Program-made: the position numbers and the translations under genes
Source: Adineta vaga
Taxonomy: Eukaryota > Animalia > Rotifera
Direction of reading: 5' to 3'
Assembly (NCBI GenBank): GCA_021613535.1
Contig: CP075496.1
Location: 11,098,001 to 11,162,000 of the forward strand
DNA length: 64,000 bases
Shown here: in pieces, positions 29,417 through 42,040 of the stretch
Layout: each line of letters begins with the position of its first letter
Position numbering within the stretch: position 1 is the stretch's first letter
The notes under the pieces: generated by a model
The model's database searches: none
What the model was told of the DNA's origin: nothing
The model's input: the letters and a program-made list of their open reading frames with translations, nothing else

Positions 29417-30750
29417 TTAATTTAAAATTTTCGAAATGGGCCCTGTTTTACTATGATGGCGAAATTTAGACCAAACAAACTGCAATGCATCTATATAGCC
29501 ATGAGATCGACCTTTAGCAAATGCTAATTTATAATTGGAAAGTATTTCATCGTATCGTGTACCATTCGCTGATCCCAATAGTTCACCGATTTTATTGGAA
29601 GTTTTATAAAATTGTAGACCAACAATGATTGTGGTTCCATTCGGTTGATAAGGATTAAGTATATCACGTACACCTTTATAAATAGTGACACCTGTAAAGC
29701 TTTCTTTTGAATTTAAACTCATTTCACTGGTGAATACTGATGATCGAGTACCGTCACCAGTTCCATGTGTTGCTGTTGCACCATTGGAATAGGTGAATGT
29801 GATTGCTGTAAGTGAATCAAAAGACCATGACGCTTTGACACCAATTAACTTGTCATTAATTGTCAATGATTTCGTAGCAGCATCATCAAATGGATCACCA
29901 CCTAATGGTTCGCCGTAGAAAAGACCTTCTCGAAGTATGAAAAAACCTACATGAAAAACACGTTAATCATTGTTGAAAAGTAGGACGATAACACTACATA
30001 CGTTCCGAAGTTTCGTCTTTATGAATACAGGAATTTCTCCTTAATACAACAAATACTACAACTAAGATCAAAATACTTATAATATTCAGAAATAAAAGAA
30101 CCAATTGACATATAGTTAATCGAGATTTTATTGTTTGTTTGATAAAAGTTAAATTGATATTCACTATTTTCCTATGAGATTTTATAGAAGTAACTGATAC
30201 TGGTACTTTATTTGCAAGTTCATCATCGTATGTATTTTCAAAGATCGGTTTGCAATGCCGTTGGTCAATGTTGTCGGCTGAACACTTATTGTAGTATTAT
30301 CTAAAATATTTGTTTAAACATAAGCAATAAGAATCAAAACATACTCTTTATAGCGACTCGATCTGTTTCGTTGTCATCGACAATTTCAGAAATTGTCATT
30401 TTAGTTCGACTTATATGACCATTTCTAATCAATTGATATTCTAAAACAATGATAGTATGAGACTAACCATGATAACAAATGAATTTACCTTTTAGTCTTT
30501 TGACACCTTCATGACAATGAATTTCACGAAACACTTGAATCAAATAATTAAAATCTTGTTCACTAATTTTCGCTTGATCAAAAAGTGTTTCAAGAAGATT
30601 CAATGTTCCACCCAATGTTGGATCGTCACGTAGTTGTCTTGGAATAGTATCACCAACGATAAAATGTAGACGTCGTCGATCGTTATCCGATAAACAATCT
30701 TGAAGTTTTACAAGTAAAGCTCGAAAGTCAAATTGTTCATCCATTGGCAT
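29417..30750 (-). CDS. DED - TM - jacalin-like lectin protein, paralogue 5 (4 exons)
   Basis: DED nearly identical to paralogue 3; linker TISEIVDDNETDRV; TM LTICQLVLLFLNIISILILVVVFVVL (~30040-30120); lectin YGEPLGGDPFDD...GRSHGYIDALQFVW. Confidence 0.87.
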
Positions 30751-31077
30751 TAAATCTACAATTCTATAGAAAATAGAATAGTCAAACAATTATGTATGAC
30801 CACCCATACAGTTGTATTTCAACGTGTTAAGTCCAATACTTTATCTATTCATCAAGGTGATCGTGTAAATAAATCTGTCATGCTTGATTGCTTCGTAAAA
30901 TGATCCGTGAGTAACGAATAAACACGAATGCATATTGATAATTGAGATATATATGCAGTAGAGCAAAAATCATTCGTTTGCCACATGTGTTTATGTATTA
31001 TGATCGTGATCGATAACTGATCACGTTGCCTTTCGTCTCTATGCTATAGTTTGAAATTATAAACAGTTACATACACA

Positions 31078-31270
31078 TCTATATTATAAAAGACAAAGTT
31101 TCAGTTCAGTTCAGTTAAGGAACTTTTCTTTGATTGGTCACAGAACGCACAAAAGAATTATACCTATAGCTGCATAGACATCTATCTATATTATAATTAT
31201 AATAGACAAATTGTCAGTTCAGGAACTTTTCTCTAATTGGCCACGGAACACGCAAAAGAATTATACATAT
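31078..31270 (+). repeat. Two diverged ~90-bp direct repeats
   Basis: TCTATATTATAA..AGACAAA..TCAGTT..AGGAACTTTTCT..ATTGG(T/C)CAC..AAC..CAAAAGAATTATAC at ~31078-31168 and ~31185-31270. Confidence 0.8.
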
Positions 31271-31272
31271 AC

Positions 31273-31800
31273 ATACAGTAAAACCTCTCTTTGAGAACAC
31301 CCGCTGTCTATCTGAACACCTTCTGGTCCCCCCAGCGAATTTTGCTGAATTTGCACCCTTCCTCTATAAACCCCCCTTGATTCTGAATGTGAACGCTTTT
31401 TTTAGTCGCATTTATATAGTCCGCCATCATTGAAAGTTGCATAATTGGACTAAAAGAGAAAGAGAGTGAGGAAGAAGAGAAAACAATGATAGAATAAACA
31501 TACATGTAATAACTGAACTGTAGTGTATTTCAATTTTTTTGTTAATTTTGACTATTCTTAATGATCTTATATTAGAAAACGAAATTAAAAACAATTAAAC
31601 AGAATGAAGCTGGTTTAACTTATCGTGAATTATGAGATAAGCTTTCCCTATCTATTGACGACCGAACAGATCGTAAACCTAAAGAAGTATTTAACTTTTT
31701 CTCTTGTAAATCCGTCACGTAGATAGTATATTATTGAATAAACTTAATTAATTCACTTCGTCTTGCATTTGCCATCAGAATAAGTCTCAAGGCGAAACTT
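31273..31800 (+). mobile_element. Tigger/pogo-like DNA transposon remnant
   Basis: TA followed by a CAGTAAAACCTC TIR-like start; decayed CENP-B-type HTH (DLILENEIK..KQNEAGLTYREL*DKLSLSI) at ~31562-31657. The right end is uncertain. Confidence 0.65.
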
Positions 31801-32426
31801 TTGTGAAAGTTGGTCTGTATCATCTAGAACCCTATTTTTCTTGCGGTCAGTTTTTTATATAGGATGTTCAAGAGCGATAGAATTTAATTATTCAAACATT
31901 CAAGTCAAAAACACTCCTAAACAGGGCAAAACGAATAATGAAACAACTATAACAGATAATGCTGTTTATCAGGAAATTGTTTTATAAATTTCATATAGTT
32001 AATTTTATTAGTTCATCATTTTAGCGATACTTTTAGTATTTGATCTTTTTGATATTTAATAAATCAAATAAGAATCTTAGACTTTTAGTGAGTCAAATTT
32101 TCCACTAATCCCAAAATCGAACTATTCACAGGGGCCTTCAGTGCATCTATAGTTATATCTAAAGTAATTTATGAGTAGATGTAAAACTTCTTTATATATT
32201 CAAATCAGGGCTCCGTGTAAGATGAGATGAATTTTTGTCCCATCCTATGATTTTACATACAATTCAAACACTATTTTATGAGCAGACTCTTTACACCATA
32301 GTCAGTTCTACCAATAGCATTAAGTTCTTCATCGGGCAAGTGATAAATAGAAATGAGCATGGTTTATAAAAATGTCATTTTCATCTATTTCAAGAATCAT
32401 TTCGTATCAGACACAACTTTTGATGT

Positions 32427-34080
32427 TTATTTATTCTTAACAGAAATATCTTTCTTTTGTGGAGCAATAGGTGTAATTAAAAATGTAGCAAAAAAAGAAA
32501 GAATAATAAAAATTTGTACGAATAAATGTGTTTGTAATAAGAAGAGTGATTGAATCATTTTGAATTGTGGTAAAATTAACATTGATAGAAGTCGAAGACG
32601 TTCAAGGTTTAAACCATATTTTCTATAAGAAAAGAACAATGACGAACAATTCATTAAATAAGATCAAATTATAAAGTTTACTTCTGATCATAAATAGCAC
32701 CAAACGTTGTTAATGTAAAAAGTAAAATAATTGAATAGAGAAGTAATGGTAAAACCGAATAATTCTAAAATTAAATATAGTAAATTTCGATCATATTTCA
32801 AATTTGAATTTACTTTGGAATCTTTTAGAACTGCACTATATTGAATTAAAGCATACATAAAATGAATGAATGTATAGAATGCTAATTCTGTTGATATATT
32901 TGGATGATAAACTTGAATAGGATAGGATACTTCAGGAAAATCATCACTACCTAATCGAGGTAAACCTGGTTGCCAACCAGGACCTTTCCAAAGAACGGCC
33001 AGTTTATTTTGCCAACCTTCAATTTTGAAGAGTTGTTGACAGATATATTTCAGATGACAGAACTGAAAAAAACACATAAAAACAACAGCTTCATTTTGTT
33101 ATTATTCCCTTACTTGAGTTTCTAATGGATCAAATGTATTAATTGGATGTATAAGACCGTAGGCAATCTGTTCATTTTCACGTTCAGCAGCAAATGTTCC
33201 AAATAAACGATCCCATATAATAAAGACACCAGCATAATTCTTATCAATACAATATGGATTTCGTCCATGATGAACACGATGATGACTTGGTGTATTTAGT
33301 ATATATTCAAATGGACCAAGATTAGAAATTATATCCGTATGAATCCAAAATTGATATAATAAATTCATTTGCGAATGAATTAAAAATATTTGTGGTGGAA
33401 CAAATAATGCTAAAGGTAAATAAAATATCCAGGAACAATATGTTTGTAAAACACCTTGTCGAAGTGCAGTTGATAGATTATAATTTTCTGCAGAATGATG
33501 CGTTTGATGAGAAGCCCAAAATATATTTATTTCTAAAAGTAGAATTTAAAGAAAAATGAGAAGAATGATGTAAGGTTTCAATTACCATGTGCTGCACGAT
33601 GAAACCAATAATATCCTAAATCCATACCAATAAAAGTAACCCAATATGTTATCGGTGAATTCCATGGTAATCGAGGAAAAATATGAACATGATTATAGAC
33701 CCAGATATACGATGATAATTCAATTGATTTAACGAAGAGTCTTTTTTTTCAGAAAAATAAAATATAAAATAACGATATGTTTATGGAATATCATACCTTG
33801 GTATACGTGAAACAATACCTGCAGTCATTGAACTAAATGTATCATTAAAACGTGGTTTTATTTTTCCTCGATACCATGCAATAGCAAATTCTAATATTTG
33901 TAAGACAATAAATAATTGAATTGCCTAAAAATAGTCTATCAACTAATAGAATATTCCTTATGATTCAATATCATTTACTTGAACAACATAGTCTGGGACA
34001 TCTTCCATTCGTTCATAATATGTTTCTGATGGTAAAAGTAAATAGAACATAACTCGAAGAGTTGTAAATGCTGAACCCAT
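32427..34080 (-). CDS. AGMO: Alkylglycerol monooxygenase; apparent 1-nt frameshift near 33985
   Basis: EDVPDYV, YYWFHRAAH, WASHQTHHSAENYNLSTALRQ, YQFWIHT, TPSHHRVHHGRNPYCIDKNYAG, KGPGWQPG. Confidence 0.95.
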
Positions 34081-34829
34081 GTTTGTTTTTCTATTTCTTT
34101 TTTGTATTATAAAAGTAAATTGCCAAAAGATTACTTCGCGAATATATATATATATATATATATATATTTGTGTCTTTCTTTCTTTCTTTCTTTCACTTAG
34201 ATTGTTTTCTCTTCACTATCAGAAAAATAACACAGATATGAAGTCTTTTAACAGAACGTAAAAGAAGAAAAGAAAAACACTACTCAACAACACAGAAAGC
34301 ATGGCAGTACTGTTTGAACAATGATTCAGATATTTATACGAATCGATAAAAAATATCTGCATGGTTTTGTTTTTCAAAAGTTTTGAAGCATCGAAAGTTT
34401 TAACATCATTTATAACTTCCATTTCTAGTCTTTTCTCCAACAAAATTTGTGTTCTTATCTTCATATACTTTACTCTATTTTAGAATATAATAAATTTAGT
34501 CATGATTAACTCGATGTGATAAGAAGGTTGATAGATGATGTGTTGTCTATTTTGTAAATATTGTCTAGTTTATATTCATTGAAGAATAACCAGTGGCTAT
34601 TTTGCATTCAAAATTAGTTTAACAACTATTCAAATCCGTATAAATCTTACGAAAAATTATGAAAATTAATGATAAATATTCTTCGATTCGTTTAAATAAA
34701 AAAACATTTGATATGTAAAAATAATGAGTACTAACAATCTTTATAGACATAGAAGAATGTCAAAAACATCATCATGATGACATATGTTTTAATTTAAAAA
34801 AATAAGAAATTTTGTGACTAAACAATGAT

Positions 34830-35631
34830 TTATCGAAGTCGTCTTGATGGCATCGATGATGGACCATAGAGTTTTTCAGCACGTTTGAGAAAAGCAGATA
34901 CCATTTGACGAACGACTTCATCGAAAAACATATGTGCTAATTTTGCATGTAGCATAGAACGAAATTCAAATGAAACCTATAAATAAATGTAAGAAGAAAA
35001 TCAATAATTATTCAGTATATGATTTTTTATTTCAATAGATTCTATCAAAGAAATGAATATTAACGTACAGAGAAGTCAAGAACACATGATCGAGGTTGCT
35101 TTTCAATACCGGGTAGAAATCGCCATTCTGTAATTAAATGATTGAATAGACGACCATCAGTACACACAGACTGAAAGAAAAATAATCGTATCGTACAAAA
35201 AGTAAATAACAAATATAAGCTATAACAAACTTTCACGAGGGTTGGTTTTTGATAAGTAACTAAAGCAGTATATTGTTCTTTAACTACTTGAAAACCAATT
35301 TCCATATGTGCTTTAAACGAATGTGGATAAGCTGGTTTAATTATATCGGAACGAATACACCAGGGAACAAATTCACGATATCTTTGTACATCAACGACTA
35401 CTTCATACATTTCCACAGCTGTATATCTATACAAGAATAAGAATTGAATTTTGATAGTTAGTTACTCTTCGAAGAAAATTACCCGAGTAAACGTTGTTCT
35501 GTGTATTGTTGTGTTTTGTTTTGTAATCCAAATGGAAATGTTGGTTTAGAAGAACTCATTCCAAATATAGTTCGATGTCTAATGGATATAAGAGACATCG
35601 GGCGTTGACGAAAGATGATATTCCATCCCAT
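34830..35631 (-). CDS. COQ10: Coenzyme Q-binding START-domain protein COQ10
   Basis: YTEQRLLG|[69 protein letters not shown]. Confidence 0.95.
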
Positions 35632-37071
35632 TGAAGCATATAGGTATAATGAGATGCAATGAAAATTACTTGATACTCAACTGGTATTGAAATCAAAATC
35701 AAAACGAAGGAACGATTCTTTCTTGAAAAGAATGTGGTCAATGCGATAGTTTATAAACAACCAATGAAGTAATGTCGATAGATTTCGCAATGTATCAGGG
35801 CAATTTTCTCCACGAAATAGTAGTATTATGTAAAAATAATTATATAGATTATTATTGCTGAAAGATATTTAACAAAGAAAAATAGTTAATTTATTGATAT
35901 AGTATGAATATGAATATACCAACTTCATCTATACTTATGCCCATTAGCATTCTATAGTCATATTTCATTACAGTTACTATAAAATTAAAGTTGTAGGAAT
36001 AACAGAAATAGTTTCACATTCTAACTTTAGTCAAAAGAAATAAAGAATAATCTAAAGTACATATTCTATTCAATTCACGTTCAATTTTAGTCAAGTATTG
36101 AAATTCTTGTTTTCTTTTTAGATGAGGGTGAAGTCGTATCTATTGTACGTCGTGTGTTCGTTGTATATGCCTGCAGACATTCATCAATTTGAAATTGGCA
36201 TGAAGTATATCATCAACCTGTTCACTTCTTCTACTCAACAAGCCAGTCATAGGGTATTAGATAAGTATGTATACATACTCATGCTAGTTGATTTATATCA
36301 ACTAGTATCAGCATGAATAGCTTGTTATGACGATATCGTGTGAGAAGAAGAAAACCGAAAGATCACTTGATCAACAATTGTTCACATGTTATCATTCTCT
36401 TTTGAATTGCTTTTAGTAGTTGTTAGATAATGTAAGAAAAATTCTTTTTCCTTTCATTTTATATAATAGAATTCTAATGGAATTAACTTTTATTCGACAA
36501 GGTTGAACATATTGAACAAAATGTTCTGTACTGGCTTCATTATTAGATTTGCTTTTTCTTCTCTTCCAATGTCGATATAGTCACGCCATGTACATACTGT
36601 AGTCTTGAAATGAAAGGTTTTTTCTTTCTATTCTACAATACAATCTTCTAATATGTAAACATAACCAGTTCGATTTTTTTCTCTCTCATTCTCTTCTCTA
36701 TTCAAGTGAAATTCTCATTCTTGTTTAACTTGTCTTACAAAGTAAATTTTTATTGTATATTTAATTTTTTTAATAAGATTGTGCTTTTCAATTAATTCAT
36801 TCAAATGTTGTTCTTTGTTACTTTTTATAACCTTGTTTAAAAGAGACATCTTCAATTGACTAGTGTCAAAAAAATCAAATCAAAGAAATTTTCTTTCTTC
36901 TTCTCTCTTTCTCTCTCAACACACAAACATTTCGATTAGTCTTACTCTATTCTTCTTATTGTAATAATAGAAACCTTACATAAATAAGTCTCTTTATTGA
37001 ATGTTCTCTTCTTTTTTTAGTTCAGAATTTTTTTCATACGTATGTAGACATTCAGTTCAATAAAAACGACA

Positions 37072-38610
37072 ATGAATAATCATTGTCAACCAATATTTAT
37101 TGATAATCTCTATGGTTCATTAACAATTAATACGAATGATAGTTCATCATGTATTGAACCACGTCAATGGATTTTTTTCTATGATTATGGTTATACATTG
37201 TTGATTCGTTTAATTAATATATCTTATTTACTGTCTCAAGCATATTTAGTTAAGACTTATTCGATTATAAATAAGCAAAAAACACTTATCTATGATTCAA
37301 CAAATATAACATTTAGAAATAATGAAATTCAGTTGGATATTCGTGAGAAAAATTCGAGTGTACTAGTTGAATTAATATCAGTAAAAAAGATCAATATGCA
37401 ACAAACATCCTTTATTATTGATTATGCTTTTCGAGGTAAGATTTATGTAAAGAGAAAAAAAAAGTGATTAATTTCATACACGCTATGAATGAATATTTTA
37501 GAATCGTCTCAATCACGCTATGGTCGACAGATACTTCAAGATAACTCATCATCATTTAATGCGAATCAACCATCATTTATTGCATTAATCTGTGTCATTG
37601 CCGTACTCTTAATCGCTATTATTATTACAATTACTGTTTTTTGTTATCGTCATTGTTCGTATCGACGACAATCGAAAAAACGCTATAAAATTCGTGATAA
37701 ATTTCGACAAGCTTTAAGTGAACAGCAATCGACTGATCAAACACATTTAGCAGCATCAATAACACCGTCGTCTGCTTCATCACATTCGATTCGATCAACT
37801 AGACGTTTATCGTCACATCATCATTTAATGCATATTCAACAACAAACACCATCACTGGGTATTAGTACAAGTACATTACCATCAATATTACCATCGCGAC
37901 GTTTACAACAGTCAATGATGGATGCTTATTTGAATGACTACAAAGCTTTTCAACCAAATACAATCGATCCAAAACGATTAAATTCGTATTTATTTATTGA
38001 TTTGTATTCCACATCAAGTGAAACATTTCCTGATACAATTTCCAAACAACATGCAAATGAAAATACAACAACAAGTGGATATGATACATCCACAGGTGGA
38101 GAAGATCGACATTTTCAAAATCCAATACGATATCGTCGCCGTCGTGGATATTATTATCATCAAAGGCAACGACGTCGTTCAACAAGAACATTAAAACGAT
38201 CTTATGGTCCTCGATTCCTGATGCGTGAACGATCATTACCATGTAATCTTCTTAAACTTCCGCAACTTCGTCAAGATCAAAGTTTCTTAGGCGTTCGAAC
38301 GAGTCACAGTAGTAGTACAAATACTAATCAAGATTTCATTTCTACAAATGTATCGACAACCACAGATGATTATGATGAAAGTCATGCGTATCATGTTCAA
38401 CATAGTCGGACTATGAACACTATCGAAGAAGAAAAACCTATCGTAATTCCAAAATCCTATTCACAACAACCATATTTTTTTGAAATGGTTTCAACAAATC
38501 GTGGTGATGACAGTGATATGCCAAATTATGAAGATATCCAAATTCCATATAAAGCTTGTCCCATAAGAGGTGATGGAATAGCCTATATAAACGATTCAAT
38601 TATTGTGTAA
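37072..38610 (+). CDS. Uncharacterised single-pass membrane protein (beta-rich ectodomain, TM, long low-complexity cytoplasmic tail); 5' end unresolved
   Basis: Exon 37072-37435 spliced to a 373-codon ORF; TM FIALICVIAVLLIAIIITITVFCY followed by basic RHCSYRRQSKKR. Confidence 0.65.
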
Positions 38611-38778
38611 ATTTTGTTTTCTATTTACGTTTTTATGTTATAATAAACAAGAACAAAGTTAAACAACAAAATACATCATCTACTAGGCACTATCAGAAAA
38701 AGCAATACGATAGAAAAAAATTGAATATTGTTCTTTTATCCTTTCTCTCTCTCTTCGCTCTCTCTCTCTCTCCTTTAT

Positions 38779-39356
38779 TTAACGCGTAATTGTCCGAATT
38801 CGAATAGCATCAAAAATCTGATCAATATATTGAACATATCGTCTACCAATGAAAAGGATAGCAGCACCAGATGACAGACCAACTCCAAGACGAAGTGCAC
38901 TACTATCAGGAAAAATTGAACGAACGATTGACATAACTAAAACAGTACTAAGATTAAGCACAGCAGAACCATAGATACTAAAAATAAAGTAATTACTTGC
39001 AAAAAATCATCTCATATAGTAAACATTATCTTACCTGAATAAAAAGCGATCAAAAACATCAGCATTTCGCAAATGTTTAGAAATATATAAATAGACACCA
39101 ATGCCCACATGAGATCCAACCCACAATGAGTTTACTACTGGAACATGTAATTGAGGTCCAAGGATTCTTTTTTTTTCAATGAAAATAGAAGAAAAATGAG
39201 ATTGAGAGATAACGGTATTGAAATAGCAAACCTAGCAAAGGATGTTGGTGCAAGTACATGTGTTGCAAATCCAAAATAGAACGGTGTGATTAATGTAGGT
39301 CCATATTTTGCAAATAAAAGTCGTCGACGAGCACTAGGCAAAGGTGGTTCAGACAT
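38779..39356 (-). CDS. Small multi-pass membrane protein of unknown function (3 exons)
   Basis: MSEPPLPSARRRLLFAKYGP..., WVGSHVGIGVYLYISKHL, IYGSAVLNLSTVLVMSIVRSIFP; GT-AG introns visible. Confidence 0.65.
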
Positions 39357-41014
39357 GATCAATTGAGTTTTACAAAGATAGTGAGTGATGGTAAAGAAAA
39401 GAATAATCGTATTTGAAAAATCTGTATTTTTTCACATATTTGATCCACAAAATAAAGAGCGAATGAAAGATTTGTTTGACTTTTTTTTCTATTCATTTTG
39501 TACACGAAAAGATTAAGGCGCCGCCACTGGTCTCTTCAAACTATAGGGGTTCTTCCTATCGAGACAACTGGGTCAATGATCTTCCAATCGTCAATTTTGC
39601 TTTTCTCTTCTTTCCTTCGTTTCTCCCATTCTCTGTACGAAGGATTTCATATATACTTTGTCTCATCACTTTTTTTGGGATAAGTTATTATTTCTTTTGC
39701 GTTCTTGGTTTCTAATTTAAAAGTAAACTTCTAGTCTTGTTTTATTTGTTTTTTCTTCGATGCAAAAAAACGATAACATGTATAAAGAATCAGTAATGTA
39801 TAAGGAAAAAAAACCTATATGAATAACTGAAAGTATACTTGAGATATATCATATGACGTCAGAAAAATGAAGATTTTTTACTAGAGTATAGTAACCATGA
39901 TTATATTCGCTTTTCTCCTTCCTTCTTTCTTTTACTTCTTGCCTGTAAGAGGTCAATCGTTTTTTTTTGTGTTGAATAAGCGTCGTTAGTGTCGCCGTTT
40001 CGAGAGAATACTATATGCTCTCTTTCGCGTTCTGTTTTCTCGTATCTCAACATCATCCATTTTCCATTTTTGCAAAAAGGAAAAATATAAACAAGTAATC
40101 AACTCAAACAATATTCGGTATAGACAATCGTTCGTTTTCTTTATCGTCTCAGGATAATAGAAACACACTTTTTGACATTAAACAATACAGTTCGAACATT
40201 TGAACTAAACATTTTGGAATAGTATCATACTATATCAAATATTGTTTATTAAAGAAGTAAGTGAACGTCTTGAGAATTCGAAAACTATTCAAAAACATTG
40301 TATTGACAATAAAGTTGTATGAGAATATTGTTGTTCAAATTCATGAAAGCTAAAACTAACTATGAATAGTTGATCTCGTCGTTTATACACGATCGATCTA
40401 ATTTTCTTTTGTATACATTTCTTTTGCACGCTTGAGAAAACAAATTATCATCACATCCTTATATGTATATATAGTATCAATCATCTATACGTTATCGTAG
40501 TCTGTTTTTGCATTTTACCATTACTGTAGAGATTTCCTTTCTGTTAGATTTTGAATTTTGTGTCAATGTATGGATATCCAATACATTTGTAGACTACAAG
40601 TTAGAAAGTCGTGTCTTTATAAGGAGATAAATAAGAAATTCGAGTTTTGAATAAGGTGATGACAATCATAATAGAAAGAGAGAGAGAGAGGAGGAGAAGA
40701 AGAAGGAGCACATGAAGTACTATATCAAAAGATGATAGAGAGTTGCTTACGCTTTCAATTGTCTGTTGGCGGCCCCATTAAATTTACCCTCTTTTCCTTT
40801 ACATATTCGTTTACCGTTCGTGTGCTCTATACATCTTCTCATAACAATACAGGTACAGTCACGCGGTTATTTTTCTTCTTTTTTTCATGATATATTATAC
40901 TGTGACAAATTTTCATTAGTTTATAACATATATACATATATGTGCATATATATATACACCTATGAAATGTTTCATTTCAATATGAATAATAGACAAACTT
41001 TTAGATAAAGTTCA

Positions 41015-42009
41015 ATGTCTTTGAAACGTCCTTTATCACCTGAATCAAATAATAAGAATAATTCGATCACAAATGATGTTCGTCAATTAAAACGTTTTAA
41101 ACTTCATTCAATCATTCAAGAATTGCAAAATGAAGAAGCAAAATTAGTTCTTTTGAAGAAATTACGAGCAAGTCAACAATTATCATCCTCACGAACAAAC
41201 AAAAATTTATCAACAATTACCAATGGTTTTCATTCTCCCACAACAACAACAACAACGACAATAGCATCCGTACCAACACAGTCGAATATCCTATCGATAA
41301 AATCCACACCATTACCAATTACAAATCCAATATCTCAACCACAACCGATACAACTACCTACTACGACAACTACTCCTGTCGTAAATCGTCGAATTCTCCA
41401 TTATTAACAAATGCTAATCGAACATCTTCTACACATGTATTGGAAGAACGTAAAACACAAGCAAAATTAACTTTACGTAAACATCTAGAACGTGATTTAT
41501 TGAATATTCCATTACCAAAACCATCATTACAAGATATTATGTTTATTCCTAATGGAATAAGTCTCGAATTTCAACCATTTGTTGGTCTAGAAGATGTTGT
41601 TCAATGTTTAAGTGAACTACAAAGTGATCGTCATCGTTTACCACAACGTTTTACTGATCATGCTCACATTGATTCACCATACGTATGTGATCAATGTGGA
41701 ACAGATTTCACAATTCGTTGGTGGAAACATATGAATTCGAAATCATCTAGTGACATGATGAATATTCTTTGTGATCGTTGTAAAAAACAAGTTACAAGAC
41801 GAATGTCAAAATCTGAACACTCAGGATTATTAAAACATGTTTTTATTTCTGCCATGGAACAAGAAAAAGAGATCGATAAACATTTCAATGCCCTTATTAA
41901 ACAACAAAAACAAGCATCTCGTTCATCATCGTCAACATCAAAATCTTCGACATCAACTACACGTCAAATACAATCTGTAAAAACGACTTTAACCCATATT
42001 CCGTCTCCT

Positions 42010-42040
<31 letters not shown>

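Noticed and set aside
12524-30750. Jacalin genes as aerolysin/natterin-type pore-forming lectins or plant-type NLR fusions
   Set aside because: No aerolysin domain and no P-loop NTPase or LRR exons in the models; each lectin exon ends in a stop.
31078-31270. Direct repeats as a CRISPR-like array
   Set aside because: Only two diverged units, no spacer structure or cas genes, and the context is eukaryotic.
35556-35741. Apparent frameshift at the COQ10 5' end
   Set aside because: A different frame starting at ATG 35631 ([12 protein letters not shown]...) splices cleanly into the START domain.
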